Below, piece by piece: positions 18,412-31,721 of a stretch of 61,958 bases of DNA; the stretch's first letter is position 1; each line of letters begins with the position of its first letter. This DNA is from an uncultured Gammaproteobacteria bacterium (GTDB taxonomy: Bacteria > Patescibacteriota > Microgenomatia > UBA8517): assembly GCA_964608405.1 (NCBI GenBank), contig CAZSNC010000002.1, positions 8,155 to 70,112 of the forward strand, given 5' to 3'. Below the pieces are notes generated by a model. It was not told where the DNA came from and did not search any database. It saw only the letters and a list, made by a program, of their open reading frames with translations. The position numbers and the translations under genes were made by a program.

Positions 18412-18514
18412 ATAGTAAGACATTTACCGGTAGAGAACAAAAGTATACATAGTCGCACAATATAACTTTTACGACATAGTCTGAAGCTGAATGGGAGTAG
18501 AGCGCTCTTTTGGC

Positions 18515-18585
18515 TTCTTTTTAATTCTTTTCTTATGATATTATATTTTTGTTTGTTTTATATTTATTTTTTCTACTCTACTAAG
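18515..18585. other. Strongly AT-rich tract (possible DNA-unwinding element)
   Basis: ttcttttttaattcttttcttatgatattatatttttgtttgttttatatttattttttctactc contains almost no G or C. Confidence 0.35.
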
Positions 18586-18636
18586 TCGACGTCTCAATAA
18601 TATAATACCAAACAATAACCGAACACTTTTGGGTTG

Positions 18637-18659
18637 GGACAGGACTCCCCTGTTTTTTT
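18637..18659 (+). terminator. Terminator-like hairpin with a T7 run in non-coding DNA
   Basis: GGACAGG-ACTCC-CCTGTTT followed by TTTT. The nearest upstream plus-strand CDS ends 700 nt away. Confidence 0.4.
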
Positions 18660-18717
18660 ATTGATTTAGGTAAATATGCGGAAAACGCCGTATATACGGA
18701 AGAATATAGATGTATAT

Positions 18718-18745
18718 AAGACGACCACTTGGTCGTCTTTTACTT
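18718..18745 (+). terminator. Terminator-like hairpin
   Basis: AAGACGACC-ACTT-GGTCGTCTT (9-bp perfect stem) followed by TTACTT. Confidence 0.4.
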
Positions 18746-18836
18746 AAAACCCCCTTTAAAATTGATTCAGTGAAGTCGTTATATATGGATAAAAACGCAA
18801 ATTGAAATAAAACCTTTATATTGTAAAATGCATTGA

Positions 18837-19595
18837 ATGTCTAAAGAATTTACACCTTCTGAAAAAGAAATTGTTAGGAAGTTCGATATTGTAAATAAAG
18901 AATTAAAAAAGCACGGAGTCTCAACTGATATCGACAGCACCGAAGTTAAATCGCAGGATGCTGCACTGAAACAGTACAATGAAATGACGGGCCAAACACG
19001 TAAACTATGCGAACTGACGGACAGATATATTATGGTTAACTGGCTTAAAGAATACGGTTATATTGATCCATTAAATGTTGCAATAAGAATATGGAATAAC
19101 CCGAATGAGTTTTCCAAACTCGAGCCCGAAAGCGGTGCTTTGATTTTGTCTAAATATTTATTTTTAAGTGGAGTTGATTTACATAGAAATACAGCCAGGC
19201 CAGGATGGCTTGATATTAAGAATTCAACTTATAGCTGGTACAAAAAAATAATGCCATGGGTGGATCAAAGGTTAATTCATATTCAGGATGGCGATTCAAT
19301 AAATCCTAGGTTTAAATATCTAAACATCCCGAACTGTGCAAGGTATCATTTTGACGATGCCTCCGAAGAACTTGATCAATTGAGTAAATTAGGAGTTGTT
19401 GGTGTACTAATACCACAGCCTTGGAATGTAGATTATAAGACAGACAATCCAAAGATCCTTACTTTTACCAAAGCTCTGTCAGAAGGTCTTCCCAGCCTTG
19501 AAATGTCCAATTATGACTTCCAAAGAACACCTAAACTTTTAGGTGCATACTTTGTATTATCGGATTATATTTTAAGGATTAAAGGATATAATTAG
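18837..19595 (+). CDS. Hypothetical protein
   Basis: 252-aa ORF, soluble-looking, no recognisable motif. Confidence 0.55.
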   Translation: MSKEFTPSEKEIVRKFDIVNKELKKHGVSTDIDSTEVKSQDAALKQYNEMTGQTRKLCELTDRYIMVNWLKEYGYIDPLNVAIRIWNNPNEFSKLEPESGALILSKYLFLSGVDLHRNTARPGWLDIKNSTYSWYKKIMPWVDQRLIHIQDGDSINPRFKYLNIPNCARYHFDDASEELDQLSKLGVVGVLIPQPWNVDYKTDNPKILTFTKALSEGLPSLEMSNYDFQRTPKLLGAYFVLSDYILRIKGYN

Positions 19596-19665
19596 TCGTA
19601 CAATAATGTTATTGACATCATCACTTGTGTCACATAATATTTAGTCAGATTAAAATTTATTACAA

Positions 19666-20619
19666 ATGCCTGCCAAGGTTGACCCATCAGAAATTGGTGT
19701 TGAGATTGAAAAATACCTTGAATATCTTGAGGTTGAAAAGGGCTCCTCTCCCCTAACCGTCAGAAATTACAGACACTACCTGGGTCGATTTTTGGAATGG
19801 TTAAAAGCAGAAAATATAAGACTTCATCTTAAGGATATTAATCCTGAAATTATCAGACAGTATAGAGTTCATCTTTCGAGGCTTCCTGGATTTAAAGGGC
19901 AGGGTTCAATGAGCAGGAAAACGCAAGGATATCACGCAATAGCTATACGATCGTTTTTAAGGTATCTTACAAAAAATGATTTTGAAGTAATGTCACCTGA
20001 TAAAATTGACTTGCCGAAGATTTCCGAAAGACAGGTTAAGTTTTTAACGGGTGATCAAGTGGAAAGACTTTTGAACGCTCCGACACTGTCAAACCTGGCG
20101 GGAAAAAGGGATAAGGCAATTCTTGAACTTTTATACTCAACGGGCCTTCGTGTATCGGAGCTATGTAAATTGGATCGTGATGTTGTTAACCTGGAAAGGA
20201 GGGAATTCGGAATTGTCGGAAAAGGGGGACATGCCAGGGTTGTCTTCCTTTCAAAGCGGGCTGCTGATTGGATTGCAGCATACCTTGCAGAAAGAGACGA
20301 CACCTATAAACCGTTATTTATTCGACACAAGGGAGAACCGGACCCGACAACACCGGATGAGAAAATGAGACTCTCCTGCCGATCAATACAAAGAATGATT
20401 AAAAAATATGTACGCAAGATAAAATTACCTGTTGATGCGACACCCCATGTCATGAGGCACAGTTTTGCAACAGATTTACTCATGGCGGGGGCCGATATCC
20501 GTTCCGTTCAGGAGATGTTAGGGCATAAAAACATACAAACGACACAAATTTATACCCATGTAACACACAAACACCTCAAGGATGTATATGAAGCTTTCCA
20601 TGGAAAAGGTGGAAATTAA
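19666..20619 (+). CDS. Tyrosine recombinase, XerC/XerD-like
   Basis: N-terminal SAM-like domain (YLEYLEVEKGSSPLTVRNYRHYL). Catalytic region GLRVSELCKL, HVMRHSFATDLL, GHKNIQTTQIYTHV (R..HxxR..Y). Confidence 0.9.
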   Translation: MPAKVDPSEIGVEIEKYLEYLEVEKGSSPLTVRNYRHYLGRFLEWLKAENIRLHLKDINPEIIRQYRVHLSRLPGFKGQGSMSRKTQGYHAIAIRSFLRYLTKNDFEVMSPDKIDLPKISERQVKFLTGDQVERLLNAPTLSNLAGKRDKAILELLYSTGLRVSELCKLDRDVVNLERREFGIVGKGGHARVVFLSKRAADWIAAYLAERDDTYKPLFIRHKGEPDPTTPDEKMRLSCRSIQRMIKKYVRKIKLPVDATPHVMRHSFATDLLMAGADIRSVQEMLGHKNIQTTQIYTHVTHKHLKDVYEAFHGKGGN

Positions 20620-20627
20620 GATGGAGC

Positions 20628-23264
20628 TTATTTTTTAATCTGCTGTTTTGTTTCTGCTTCCTCACCGCCATCATCTTCTTTTTCAAGTGCGGTCATAGCG
20701 GCAACTCCGTCCGACTTGTCCGAAAAACGCATGAGAATTACTCCCTGGGTTGACCTTCCCATTTGTGGGATATTTTTGACAGGAAGTTTAATGACCTGGC
20801 CGAATTTTGAAGTGATGATAATTTGATCAATTTTCTCATTAACAATCGACTCGGCAGCAATATCTCCTGTTTTTGTATTAACGACGGCTGCTTTAACTCC
20901 CTTACCGGATCTTTTTTGTATAGGGAACAGGTGCAGTGGTGTTCTTTTACCCAGTCCGTTTTCGGAGATGGTCATCAAATCTCGAAATATCTTTTTCCTT
21001 TTGTCAGTGCTTTCGATGTGTTTGGGAGGAAATATCTCCATTCCGATTACGACATCGTCTTTCTCAAGCCTTATTCCTTTCATTCCGGATGTTGCCCTTC
21101 CCATTGCACGGGTATCTTTTTCTGAAAATCTTATTGACTTCCCCTTTTTGGTAATAAGAAGAACATGGTCTTCACCGCTTGTTTCCTGTACGGATACTAA
21201 GGAATCGTCCGGATCGAGGCGGATTGCAATTATTCCTGACTGGCGCATGTTTTTAAATTCGGAAACGTCGGTTTTTTTAACAATTCCTTTTTGCGTGGAA
21301 ATAATAAGATTCTTTCCGACATCGCTTGTAGGAAGAATTGATTTGACCTCTTCTCCCTGCTCGACATTCAGGATATTCACTATCGCCTGTCCCTTTGCCT
21401 GACGACTCCCCTCTTGGATATCCCAAACCTTTGTCCCGTAGACTTTCCCCTTGTTTGTAAAGAAGAGAAGTGTGTCGTGGGTCGATGCGGAAACCAGATG
21501 AAGTATTTCGTCCTCCTCTTTAGTTGTCATTCCCACAACTCCCTTGCCACCCCTTCTTTGCGCCTTATAGGTGGTTCTGGGAACCCTTTTTATATAACCA
21601 GTTTTAGTAATTGTAATTAAAGTCTCCTCTTTCGGTATTAAATCTTCTTCCGAAAACTCACCGATTTTTTGTTTATAAATTTTTGTCATTCTTTGGTCAC
21701 CGAACTTCTCTTTGACTTGGGACAACTCGTCGGAGATGATATCTAACACTTTTTGCGGATTTTTAAGTATTGAAATAAGTCTATCGATCAATTTTTCGAT
21801 TTCTTCGTATTCTTTTTCGATCTTTTCGCGTTCGAGAGCGGCAAGACGACGGAGCTGCATATCAAGAATCGCTGTCGATTGGATTTCCGAGAGTTTGAAT
21901 TTACTTATAAGATTGGCTTTAGCATCTTCTTGTGTTCTGCTTTTTCTGATTGTTGCGATCACTTCGTCGAGGTTATCCAGTGCAATTTTAAGTCCCTCCA
22001 GAATGTGAGCCCTTCGTTTGGCCTCAGTCAGTTCGAAGATAGTTCTTCTTGTTACAACTCTTTGTCGGTGTTTAATATACTCAACGATTATTTGTTTAAG
22101 ATTTAAGGTATGTGGTGTTCCATCAACAAGTGCAACGAAATTTGCGGGGAATGACGACTGTAATTTGGTGTATTTATAAATGTTATTAAGCACCGACTTC
22201 GGTTTCGCGTCTCTTTTAAGATCGACAACAACACGCAGTCCGTCCTTGTCCGATTCATCGCGAAGATCCGATATTCCGACAATCTTCTTTTCTTTAACAA
22301 GATCGGCGATCTTTTTGACCATCTCCGCTTTATTGACCTGGTATGGAATTTGGCTTATCACAATCTGTATTTTTCCGTTTTTCCCGTCGGTTATTTCGGC
22401 AACACCCCTGATGACGATTCTTCCCCTGCCTGTTGAATAGACTTCGTATAACGAGGGGCTGTCGTAGATTGCTGCACCTGTGGGAAAGTCCGGTCCTTGT
22501 ATGCTTTTCATCAACTCTTCAATTGTGATATCACTGTCAAAACTGATGTTTTCCGGAGTTATATCCTCGTGGGTCAGTTTTTTTTGTTCACCCGATGCAA
22601 CAAGATTAATTTTTTTAATTACAAAATCGGTTTTTTCTTCATGTTTTGAAGAGTCTGAAATAACACGGCCTTTTTTTATGGTTTCGATTGCTCCGTCTAT
22701 AACCTCAGTCAAATTGTGGGGAGGGATTTTTGTGGCCATACCAACAGCAATGCCTTCGGAACCCATGAGAAGGAGGTTTGGAAGTAGTGACGGAAGAAAA
22801 ACAGGTTCTTTCAGAGTTGTATCAAAGTTGTCAATAAAATCCACAGTATCCTTATCGATGTCTTTTAACATCCACTCCGAAATCGGTGCAAGTTTTACCT
22901 CGGTGTAACGCATAGCGGCTGCAGAATCCCCATCGATTGATCCGAAGTTACCTTGACCTTTGATTAGTGGGTACCTGAGGGAAAAGGTCTGTGCCATACG
23001 CACAATCGCATCGTAGACTGCCGTGTCTCCGTGTGGGTGGTATTTTCCTAGTACTTCTCCGACAACTTTAGCGCTTTTTGTAAAACCTGACGAGTGTGAA
23101 AGACCCATCTGGTCCATTGCGTATAAAATTCTGCGGTGAACAGGTTTGAGGCCGTCTCGTACATCAGGAAGGGCGCGTGCGACAATTACACTCATTGCAT
23201 AATCAACATATGCTTGTGACAATTCTGTGGTAATTTCTACGGGTTTAATTTTTCCAATATCCAT
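20628..23264 (-). CDS. gyrA: DNA gyrase subunit A
   Basis: 878 aa. [40 protein letters not shown], active-site AAMRYTE, C-terminal beta-pinwheel repeats. Confidence 0.97.
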   Translation of the reverse strand: MDIGKIKPVEITTELSQAYVDYAMSVIVARALPDVRDGLKPVHRRILYAMDQMGLSHSSGFTKSAKVVGEVLGKYHPHGDTAVYDAIVRMAQTFSLRYPLIKGQGNFGSIDGDSAAAMRYTEVKLAPISEWMLKDIDKDTVDFIDNFDTTLKEPVFLPSLLPNLLLMGSEGIAVGMATKIPPHNLTEVIDGAIETIKKGRVISDSSKHEEKTDFVIKKINLVASGEQKKLTHEDITPENISFDSDITIEELMKSIQGPDFPTGAAIYDSPSLYEVYSTGRGRIVIRGVAEITDGKNGKIQIVISQIPYQVNKAEMVKKIADLVKEKKIVGISDLRDESDKDGLRVVVDLKRDAKPKSVLNNIYKYTKLQSSFPANFVALVDGTPHTLNLKQIIVEYIKHRQRVVTRRTIFELTEAKRRAHILEGLKIALDNLDEVIATIRKSRTQEDAKANLISKFKLSEIQSTAILDMQLRRLAALEREKIEKEYEEIEKLIDRLISILKNPQKVLDIISDELSQVKEKFGDQRMTKIYKQKIGEFSEEDLIPKEETLITITKTGYIKRVPRTTYKAQRRGGKGVVGMTTKEEDEILHLVSASTHDTLLFFTNKGKVYGTKVWDIQEGSRQAKGQAIVNILNVEQGEEVKSILPTSDVGKNLIISTQKGIVKKTDVSEFKNMRQSGIIAIRLDPDDSLVSVQETSGEDHVLLITKKGKSIRFSEKDTRAMGRATSGMKGIRLEKDDVVIGMEIFPPKHIESTDKRKKIFRDLMTISENGLGKRTPLHLFPIQKRSGKGVKAAVVNTKTGDIAAESIVNEKIDQIIITSKFGQVIKLPVKNIPQMGRSTQGVILMRFSDKSDGVAAMTALEKEDDGGEEAETKQQIKK

Positions 23265-23324
23265 GTAATTTTATGTTATTTTTAATTGCCGGTTTATATA
23301 CTTCCCAACCCTATTATTTTATCC

Positions 23325-24215
23325 TCATTTAGCTTCATTTACAAGCTGATTCTTGTTCTTTTTGTTGTATAAAACAACACCAAGAAGAAGGGATAGTGCA
23401 CCGAAAACTGTAAATAATATTATTAGAGGTTGGAAAAAAATCGGAAGCAGAGTGCCTGTTAATATTTCCGACCAATTCGTTTGGTAAATGAGACCTTCTG
23501 TAACAATTTTGGATGCAGTGAAAGTTAACCACGAAAGAATGATCATAACGATCCCCAATAATGAAAAAAGTTTTCCGGAAGATTCGTTTCTCTTACCTTT
23601 TTTAGAAACAAGGATATAAACGGATACGAGAAACACTTCAGTTATTATTCCTATAATAAGTAAATACAACAGATATTTGGAAAAATTCTTGATAGATTCA
23701 AGGAAAGCCTGGTTTTCTAAAGAGTTTTTGCTGGTATTTCTTAATATGTCACGTACGTCGATATTGGTATTTTTCAGATACTCTGGAATATTGCTTGTTG
23801 TTTGGCTGGGAAGCCCCCATTTCTCAATTGGCAAGTAAATATAAAGGATTTCGGCTTTGTTATTAAGATATGAGATGAAATTTTGGATATTGATTTCAAT
23901 AAAATCCTTTACAGATTCCTTGTTTATAAATGAAGTTGCATTTTCAACTTGTTTTTCCACCTGTTGGCGCTGTTCTATTGTCATCTGGGTAAAATTCTCA
24001 TTACTGGTTAACTTTTGTCTGAATGCATCGCTCGCGGCATTGCGTGTGCCCTTTGCCAGGTTTTCGTAGACACCGTTATTATTGAACGAAGATGTATAAA
24101 ACGCCGCATCAAGAAGGAAAAATTTTGTATACACGGTAAATAGGATTATCAGGGAGACAATGAATATTAAGATAAAGAGTATAAATTTAAATATTTTGGA
24201 AAACATAATGGTCAA
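23325..24215 (-). CDS. Hypothetical membrane protein
   Basis: 296 aa. An N-terminal TM helix, a central soluble region and about 4 C-terminal TM helices. Confidence 0.55.
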   Translation of the reverse strand: MTIMFSKIFKFILFILIFIVSLIILFTVYTKFFLLDAAFYTSSFNNNGVYENLAKGTRNAASDAFRQKLTSNENFTQMTIEQRQQVEKQVENATSFINKESVKDFIEINIQNFISYLNNKAEILYIYLPIEKWGLPSQTTSNIPEYLKNTNIDVRDILRNTSKNSLENQAFLESIKNFSKYLLYLLIIGIITEVFLVSVYILVSKKGKRNESSGKLFSLLGIVMIILSWLTFTASKIVTEGLIYQTNWSEILTGTLLPIFFQPLIILFTVFGALSLLLGVVLYNKKNKNQLVNEAK

Positions 24216-24871
24216 TGGGTTTGTACCCCGTGTGGAATTTTTTGTCCAATAAATCTGATAAAAGTGGCGTTTTCTGTTTCGTGGGTTTGTTCCGAGGCGT
24301 CCAAAACAATTGGTTTGAATAACCCTTGAGTTTCTGTCACAACTTCATCGAGAGAAAAAAATCTCTCAACGATCCCCTGCGGAGTTTGGTAAAAGTTTTC
24401 ATTGAGTTTGAGGGATTTTAATACCTCAGGATCCTCCTTTGATTTAAGAAGCGTTGCAAAAATACCACCATCCTTTAAAACTCGATGTATTTCGGAAAAT
24501 ATCTGATCGGTTATTTCGTGATTGAAGTAGTGTAAAACGGCGTGTGCGTAAACGGCATCAAACTCATCGTCTTTAAACGGTAGCGGAAACTTAATATCGA
24601 CATTTTGGTATTCGATATTCATAATTTTCTGCATCGCCGATTCCCATTTTGAAACATCCAGAGCTTTGTCCGAAAAGTCTGTACTAATAACAAAAAGACC
24701 CTGCTTGGCAAAATATCTGGTGTCTTTTCCAAGTCCAGCACCGAGTTCAAGTAGTCGACCTTCATGGGGTAGGTAGCTTACGGCAAATTGAGCAAATATT
24801 GATGCATCGTCACTCCAGCCTTCATCGTCTGTTTTACTCCACCAATTTTCCCAAAAATCCTTCGTGTCCAT
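24212..24871 (-). CDS. Class I SAM-dependent methyltransferase
   Basis: Motif I LLELGAGLGKD, and motif post-II/III DAVYAHAVLHY...LKDGGIF. Its stop overlaps the start of the downstream gene by 4 nt. Confidence 0.8.
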   Translation of the reverse strand: MDTKDFWENWWSKTDDEGWSDDASIFAQFAVSYLPHEGRLLELGAGLGKDTRYFAKQGLFVISTDFSDKALDVSKWESAMQKIMNIEYQNVDIKFPLPFKDDEFDAVYAHAVLHYFNHEITDQIFSEIHRVLKDGGIFATLLKSKEDPEVLKSLKLNENFYQTPQGIVERFFSLDEVVTETQGLFKPIVLDASEQTHETENATFIRFIGQKIPHGVQTH

Positions 24872-24934
24872 ACAAGATAATTATATACTTTTTAGCCTTC
24901 TATAAAATAAGAAGATCTTGGGGGAATGTACGTA

Positions 24935-27172
24935 TTATTGGGTTGCTAATTTATATTTTTTACTCTGAAGAACAGCCCATGCAAATATGCCAATTAATAT
25001 TAGAGCAATGATCCAGGATATGGTTTTTCCCTGGTACTGTACGATCACGGGAGCGGCAATTAAGCTGATTAAATTTACAACTTTGATCATAGGATTAAGA
25101 GCGGGACCTGCTGTATCTTTGAGCGGATCGCCAAAAGTGTCGCCCTCAACTGAAGCTTTGTGACTGTCAGACCCTTTTCCACCAAGATTACCATCCTCGA
25201 TATATTTCTTAGCGTTGTCCAAGGCTCCGCCTGCAACCGCCATAAATACTGCCATTAATTGTCCTACTAAAATCACCCCTGCCAAAAATGCACCAAGTGC
25301 CTCCACTTTAAATACAAGACCGACAATTAAAGGTAAAGTTACAGATAAGGCAACAAGACTTATCAGATCCTTTTGTGCAGCAGCTGTTGTGATTGCAACA
25401 ACCTTGCTGTAATCGGGTGTTACCTTTCCCTGCATTACTCCGGGTACCTTAAACTGTTTCCTAACCTCCTCAACAATCTTGGTCGCAGCATGAGCAACCG
25501 CCTTTATTGAGTATGAGGAAAAAAGGAAAGGTAGCGCTCCACCTATAAGAAAACCAATTACGGTATCAAGTGTTGAGATACGGATATCGGTGAGGGCTGG
25601 CAGACCCAATCTGGTTTGGACGATTCCGACATCGGTTACAAACGAGAAGAAAAGAGCTGTTGCCGCAATGACGGCAGATGCAATTGCGAGTTGTTTCGTA
25701 ATTGCTTTTGTGGTATTGCCTACAGCATCAAGATCAGCCATTATTTTCCATGCATTCTTACCGACATGGGACATCTCTCCTATTCCGTTGGCATTGTCGG
25801 CAATAGGTCCGAATGCATCCATGGCAACATTATTTCCGGTAAGCGATAACATTCCGATTCCGATCATGGCGACTCCATAAAGCATGTACACAGGCGGCAT
25901 TCCCGCATAAATAAGATATGAAACCGCAATTGCGATTGAGATCACCAAAACGCTCCAAACGCTCGATTCCATTCCTACAGAAAGTCCCGAAAGAATTGTT
26001 GTTGCGGGACCTGACTTTGTTGAATCGACAATTTCTTTTACTGGACGGCTCTTGTGCGAAGTAAAGTACGATGTCAACGGGTTAAATATAACTGCCAAAA
26101 TGATTCCGACAGCATTAAGAAGTGCCAATTTCCATTCTCCGGCATAGAATATTGCGAAAGCAAAAGCGGCGAGAACGGTTATGATACCCGAGAGTTCATA
26201 AGAACGAAACATTGCTTCCTCAGCATCTTTTGCTCTAAATATCTTTATCGGAAACTTTTCCCAAATCGGAACGGCAAGTGTCCCCAAAATTGACGAAAAT
26301 ACTCCCATTCCCCTAACAACAAGTGGGTAGATTATCCAAAAAGTATCTCCCGTTAAATGAAGAAGCACTACTCCCAATATCAACGATGAGACAATCGTTA
26401 CCTCATACGACTCAAAAATATCTGCAGCCATTCCGGCACAATCACCCACATTATCTCCGACAAGATCTGCAATTACACCGGCGTTTCTTGGATCGTCCTC
26501 AGGAAGATTCTTTTCAACTTTCCCGACCAAGTCTGCTCCCACGTCAGCTGCTTTTGTGTAAATTCCTCCTCCAATTCTCATAAAAAGGGCAACCAAAGTT
26601 CCTCCGAAGCCAAAGCCCAGTAGCGCATCTGGAGCCGCTTTCCCAAATATCATAAAGATAACGGTTCCACCGAGAAGTCCGAGACCGTCGGTTAACATAC
26701 CGGTAAAAGTTCCGGCTCTATATGCGACAGTAAGAGCTCCGTTATAATCACCCTTAACGGCTTTTGCGGTTACCCTAACATTTCCCTGAATTGCAACTCT
26801 CATACCCAACTGGCCGACCAGGGTTGAAAAAGCCGCACCAACAATAAAGGCAACTGTTCTTCCTACTGCAATAATAAATGTAGCTTTCTCACCATATCTG
26901 GCAAATGCCTCGGCTGAGGGTGGTACAACATAGACGCTTAGAAATAGAATGACAGTAAGGGAAACAAGTACGAATATAATAGTTTTTAGCTGTTTGTGAA
27001 GGTATCCTTCAGCACCGATCCTAATCGCGTTCCATACCTTAAGCATTTTGGAGTCACCCGTATCTTCACTTTGGGTTTTTTTCCAAAGCCAATAAGCATA
27101 TATCAAGCTTACAACCGCGACTCCGATGACCCCGCTTACAAATAATTGTTCCAAAGAGTTTAGTTCATTCAT
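24935..27172 (-). CDS. hppA: Membrane-bound H+/Na+-translocating pyrophosphatase
   Basis: 745 aa, polytopic. GGGIYTKAADVGADLVGKVE, DNVGDCAGMAADIFESY and GGALDNAKKYIE motifs. Confidence 0.95.
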   Translation of the reverse strand: MNELNSLEQLFVSGVIGVAVVSLIYAYWLWKKTQSEDTGDSKMLKVWNAIRIGAEGYLHKQLKTIIFVLVSLTVILFLSVYVVPPSAEAFARYGEKATFIIAVGRTVAFIVGAAFSTLVGQLGMRVAIQGNVRVTAKAVKGDYNGALTVAYRAGTFTGMLTDGLGLLGGTVIFMIFGKAAPDALLGFGFGGTLVALFMRIGGGIYTKAADVGADLVGKVEKNLPEDDPRNAGVIADLVGDNVGDCAGMAADIFESYEVTIVSSLILGVVLLHLTGDTFWIIYPLVVRGMGVFSSILGTLAVPIWEKFPIKIFRAKDAEEAMFRSYELSGIITVLAAFAFAIFYAGEWKLALLNAVGIILAVIFNPLTSYFTSHKSRPVKEIVDSTKSGPATTILSGLSVGMESSVWSVLVISIAIAVSYLIYAGMPPVYMLYGVAMIGIGMLSLTGNNVAMDAFGPIADNANGIGEMSHVGKNAWKIMADLDAVGNTTKAITKQLAIASAVIAATALFFSFVTDVGIVQTRLGLPALTDIRISTLDTVIGFLIGGALPFLFSSYSIKAVAHAATKIVEEVRKQFKVPGVMQGKVTPDYSKVVAITTAAAQKDLISLVALSVTLPLIVGLVFKVEALGAFLAGVILVGQLMAVFMAVAGGALDNAKKYIEDGNLGGKGSDSHKASVEGDTFGDPLKDTAGPALNPMIKVVNLISLIAAPVIVQYQGKTISWIIALILIGIFAWAVLQSKKYKLATQ

Positions 27173-27291
27173 GTATTTTATTTAAACAAAAAAACTATCT
27201 GAATATCCAGATATGTCTGCTATTTTAAGATAGGCTAATTTATTTTGTCAACGACCAAGTTGAACTGTTACGAAAAATTTAAGACAAAAAA

Positions 27292-29902
<2,611 letters not shown>

Positions 29903-29976
29903 ATAGGAAATAATACCCTTCTTGATGAGTTTATTATATTAGGTCATAATAGTATGAATTAACTTATTTTTCAAAG

Positions 29977-31713
29977 ATGACTGCCCAACCTCAAAATATA
30001 TCGGGTATTATAGATGGTGTAAAAACACTCGCCGATATTTTGCTTTTACAGGGCTCAATTACACAAGAACAAGCGCGGCAAATTAAATTTACCGAGATCC
30101 AAACCGGAAAGACTCAGGAAGAAATTGTTCTTGAGCAGGGATTTGTCCAGGAAAGTGATTTGGTGCGTGCAAAATCCACTTTGTATAACATTCCCTATTT
30201 GGATTTGGAAAAGACTCCCAACTCCCCTGAGGCACTTTCGGTTCTTCCACAACAGGTTGCTCAAAGGTTTAAAGTTTTTCCCATCTCGATAGATAAAAAT
30301 CTCAAGATTATGAATCTTGCGATGGCGGATCCTTTAGATTTGACCGCAATCGGATTTATTGAACAAAAAACGGGATATCGTGTTAAGCCATATGCTGCTG
30401 AATTAACAAAGATCAATACAAGCGTATCTACCTCCTACTCGACATCATTAGCAAAGGAAGTAACGGAAGCCCTGAAGGAAGTTGCACCGGAAAAAAGAGA
30501 TGTTCAGGTTGTAGATACGGGAAGAACAGGCGTCGTCAGAGAAGAGAAAGTATCAGAGATTGTCAGGCAGATACTGAGTTTTTCAGTGAAATCAAGGGCT
30601 TCTGATATTCACATTGAACCGCAAGAAAAAACGACACGTGTCCGTTACAGGATCGATGGTATTTTACAGGAGAAACTGACTATTCCGAGAGAGTTGCATG
30701 ACGCGCTAATTTCAAGAATCAAGATTCTTTCCGGGATGAAAATCGATGAAAAGAGAATTCCCCAAGACGGAAGATTTAATTTTTCAACAGAGGAAGAAGA
30801 AGTAGATCTTCGTGTCTCGACCTTACCGACAACCTGGGGTGAAAAAGTCGTTATCAGATTACTTAAAAAAACCGGAGGAATTCCCGATCTTACGGAACTT
30901 GGGCTTCGCGGCAGGGCTTTGAAGAACCTTGAGGATTCGATAGTAAGGCCTCACGGAATTATTTTGATCACAGGTCCTACCGGTTCCGGAAAAACGACTA
31001 CCCTTTACTCAATTATCCAGAGGATAAATACACAGAAGGTTAATATTATGACACTCGAGGACCCTATTGAATATAAAATTGCTGGTGTTAACCAGGTACA
31101 GATAAATCAGGGTGCCGGATTGACTTTTGCTTCCGGATTGAGATCTTTTTTAAGGCAGGATCCGAACATTATTCTTGTTGGAGAAATTCGTGACCAGGAA
31201 ACTGCTGATCTGGCTATACAGGCATCACTAACAGGTCATTTAGTCTTTTCAACTCTTCACACAACAGATGCGTCAGGAGCACTTCCCCGTATGCTTGATA
31301 TGGGAGCGGAACCTTATCTTTTGGCCTCGTCAATTACCGCGATTATGGCACAAAGGGTTATGAGGAAAATCCATACTGCCTGTAGGACAGAATATGCTCC
31401 TGATGAAAAAGTCTTGTCCGAAGTTAGAGCGACGCTTGGGAATTTATGGAAACCGACAGGAGATGTGAAGTTTTATAAGGGATCAGGATGTAATGAGTGC
31501 GGGAATACAGGATACTACGGACGTGTCGGAGTCTTTGAGGTATTGCTTGTTTCCGAAAAAATTAGTAGGCTTATATTGGAGCATGCTTCTTCAGCAGATA
31601 TTGAGAAAGTTGCCAAAGAAGAAGGGATGGTTACAATGAAACAGGACGGTTATATGAAGGTTGTTGAGGGTATAACCACCATTGAAGAAGTGCTCAGGGT
31701 TGCTGAAGAATAA
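29977..31713 (+). CDS. pilB: Type IV pilus assembly ATPase PilB (GspE family)
   Basis: 578 aa. N-terminal GspE_N-like domain, Walker A GPTGSGKTTT, Asp box, Walker B ILVGEIRD, His box, tetracysteine CRTEY...GSGCNECGNTGYYGR. Confidence 0.93.
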   Translation: MTAQPQNISGIIDGVKTLADILLLQGSITQEQARQIKFTEIQTGKTQEEIVLEQGFVQESDLVRAKSTLYNIPYLDLEKTPNSPEALSVLPQQVAQRFKVFPISIDKNLKIMNLAMADPLDLTAIGFIEQKTGYRVKPYAAELTKINTSVSTSYSTSLAKEVTEALKEVAPEKRDVQVVDTGRTGVVREEKVSEIVRQILSFSVKSRASDIHIEPQEKTTRVRYRIDGILQEKLTIPRELHDALISRIKILSGMKIDEKRIPQDGRFNFSTEEEEVDLRVSTLPTTWGEKVVIRLLKKTGGIPDLTELGLRGRALKNLEDSIVRPHGIILITGPTGSGKTTTLYSIIQRINTQKVNIMTLEDPIEYKIAGVNQVQINQGAGLTFASGLRSFLRQDPNIILVGEIRDQETADLAIQASLTGHLVFSTLHTTDASGALPRMLDMGAEPYLLASSITAIMAQRVMRKIHTACRTEYAPDEKVLSEVRATLGNLWKPTGDVKFYKGSGCNECGNTGYYGRVGVFEVLLVSEKISRLILEHASSADIEKVAKEEGMVTMKQDGYMKVVEGITTIEEVLRVAEE

Positions 31714-31721
31714 AAGTTTTT

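Noticed and set aside
17934-18836. RNase P RNA, tmRNA, SRP RNA or a dif site in the ORF-free region
   Set aside because: No GAGGAAAGUCCGGGC / ACAGAAnCCGGCUUA (RNase P) motifs. No tRNA-like GGUUCGAnUCC...CCA end or tag-ORF (tmRNA). No SRP GGAA/AGCA motif. Despite the adjacent Xer-like recombinase, there is no 28-bp CATAA-N6-TTATG-type dif-like palindrome. The inverted repeats present (TAATAATA/TATTATTA, CCGTATATACGG) do not fit these models.
20823-22908. Series of plus-strand ORFs (68-144 aa) antisense to gyrA, with similar antisense or alternative-frame ORFs inside hppA, gyrB, recG, pheT and thrS
   Set aside because: They have low-complexity, Ser/Leu/Phe/Cys-rich translations with no motifs, and they are fully contained in strongly supported genes on the opposite strand. 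These are typical shadow ORFs.
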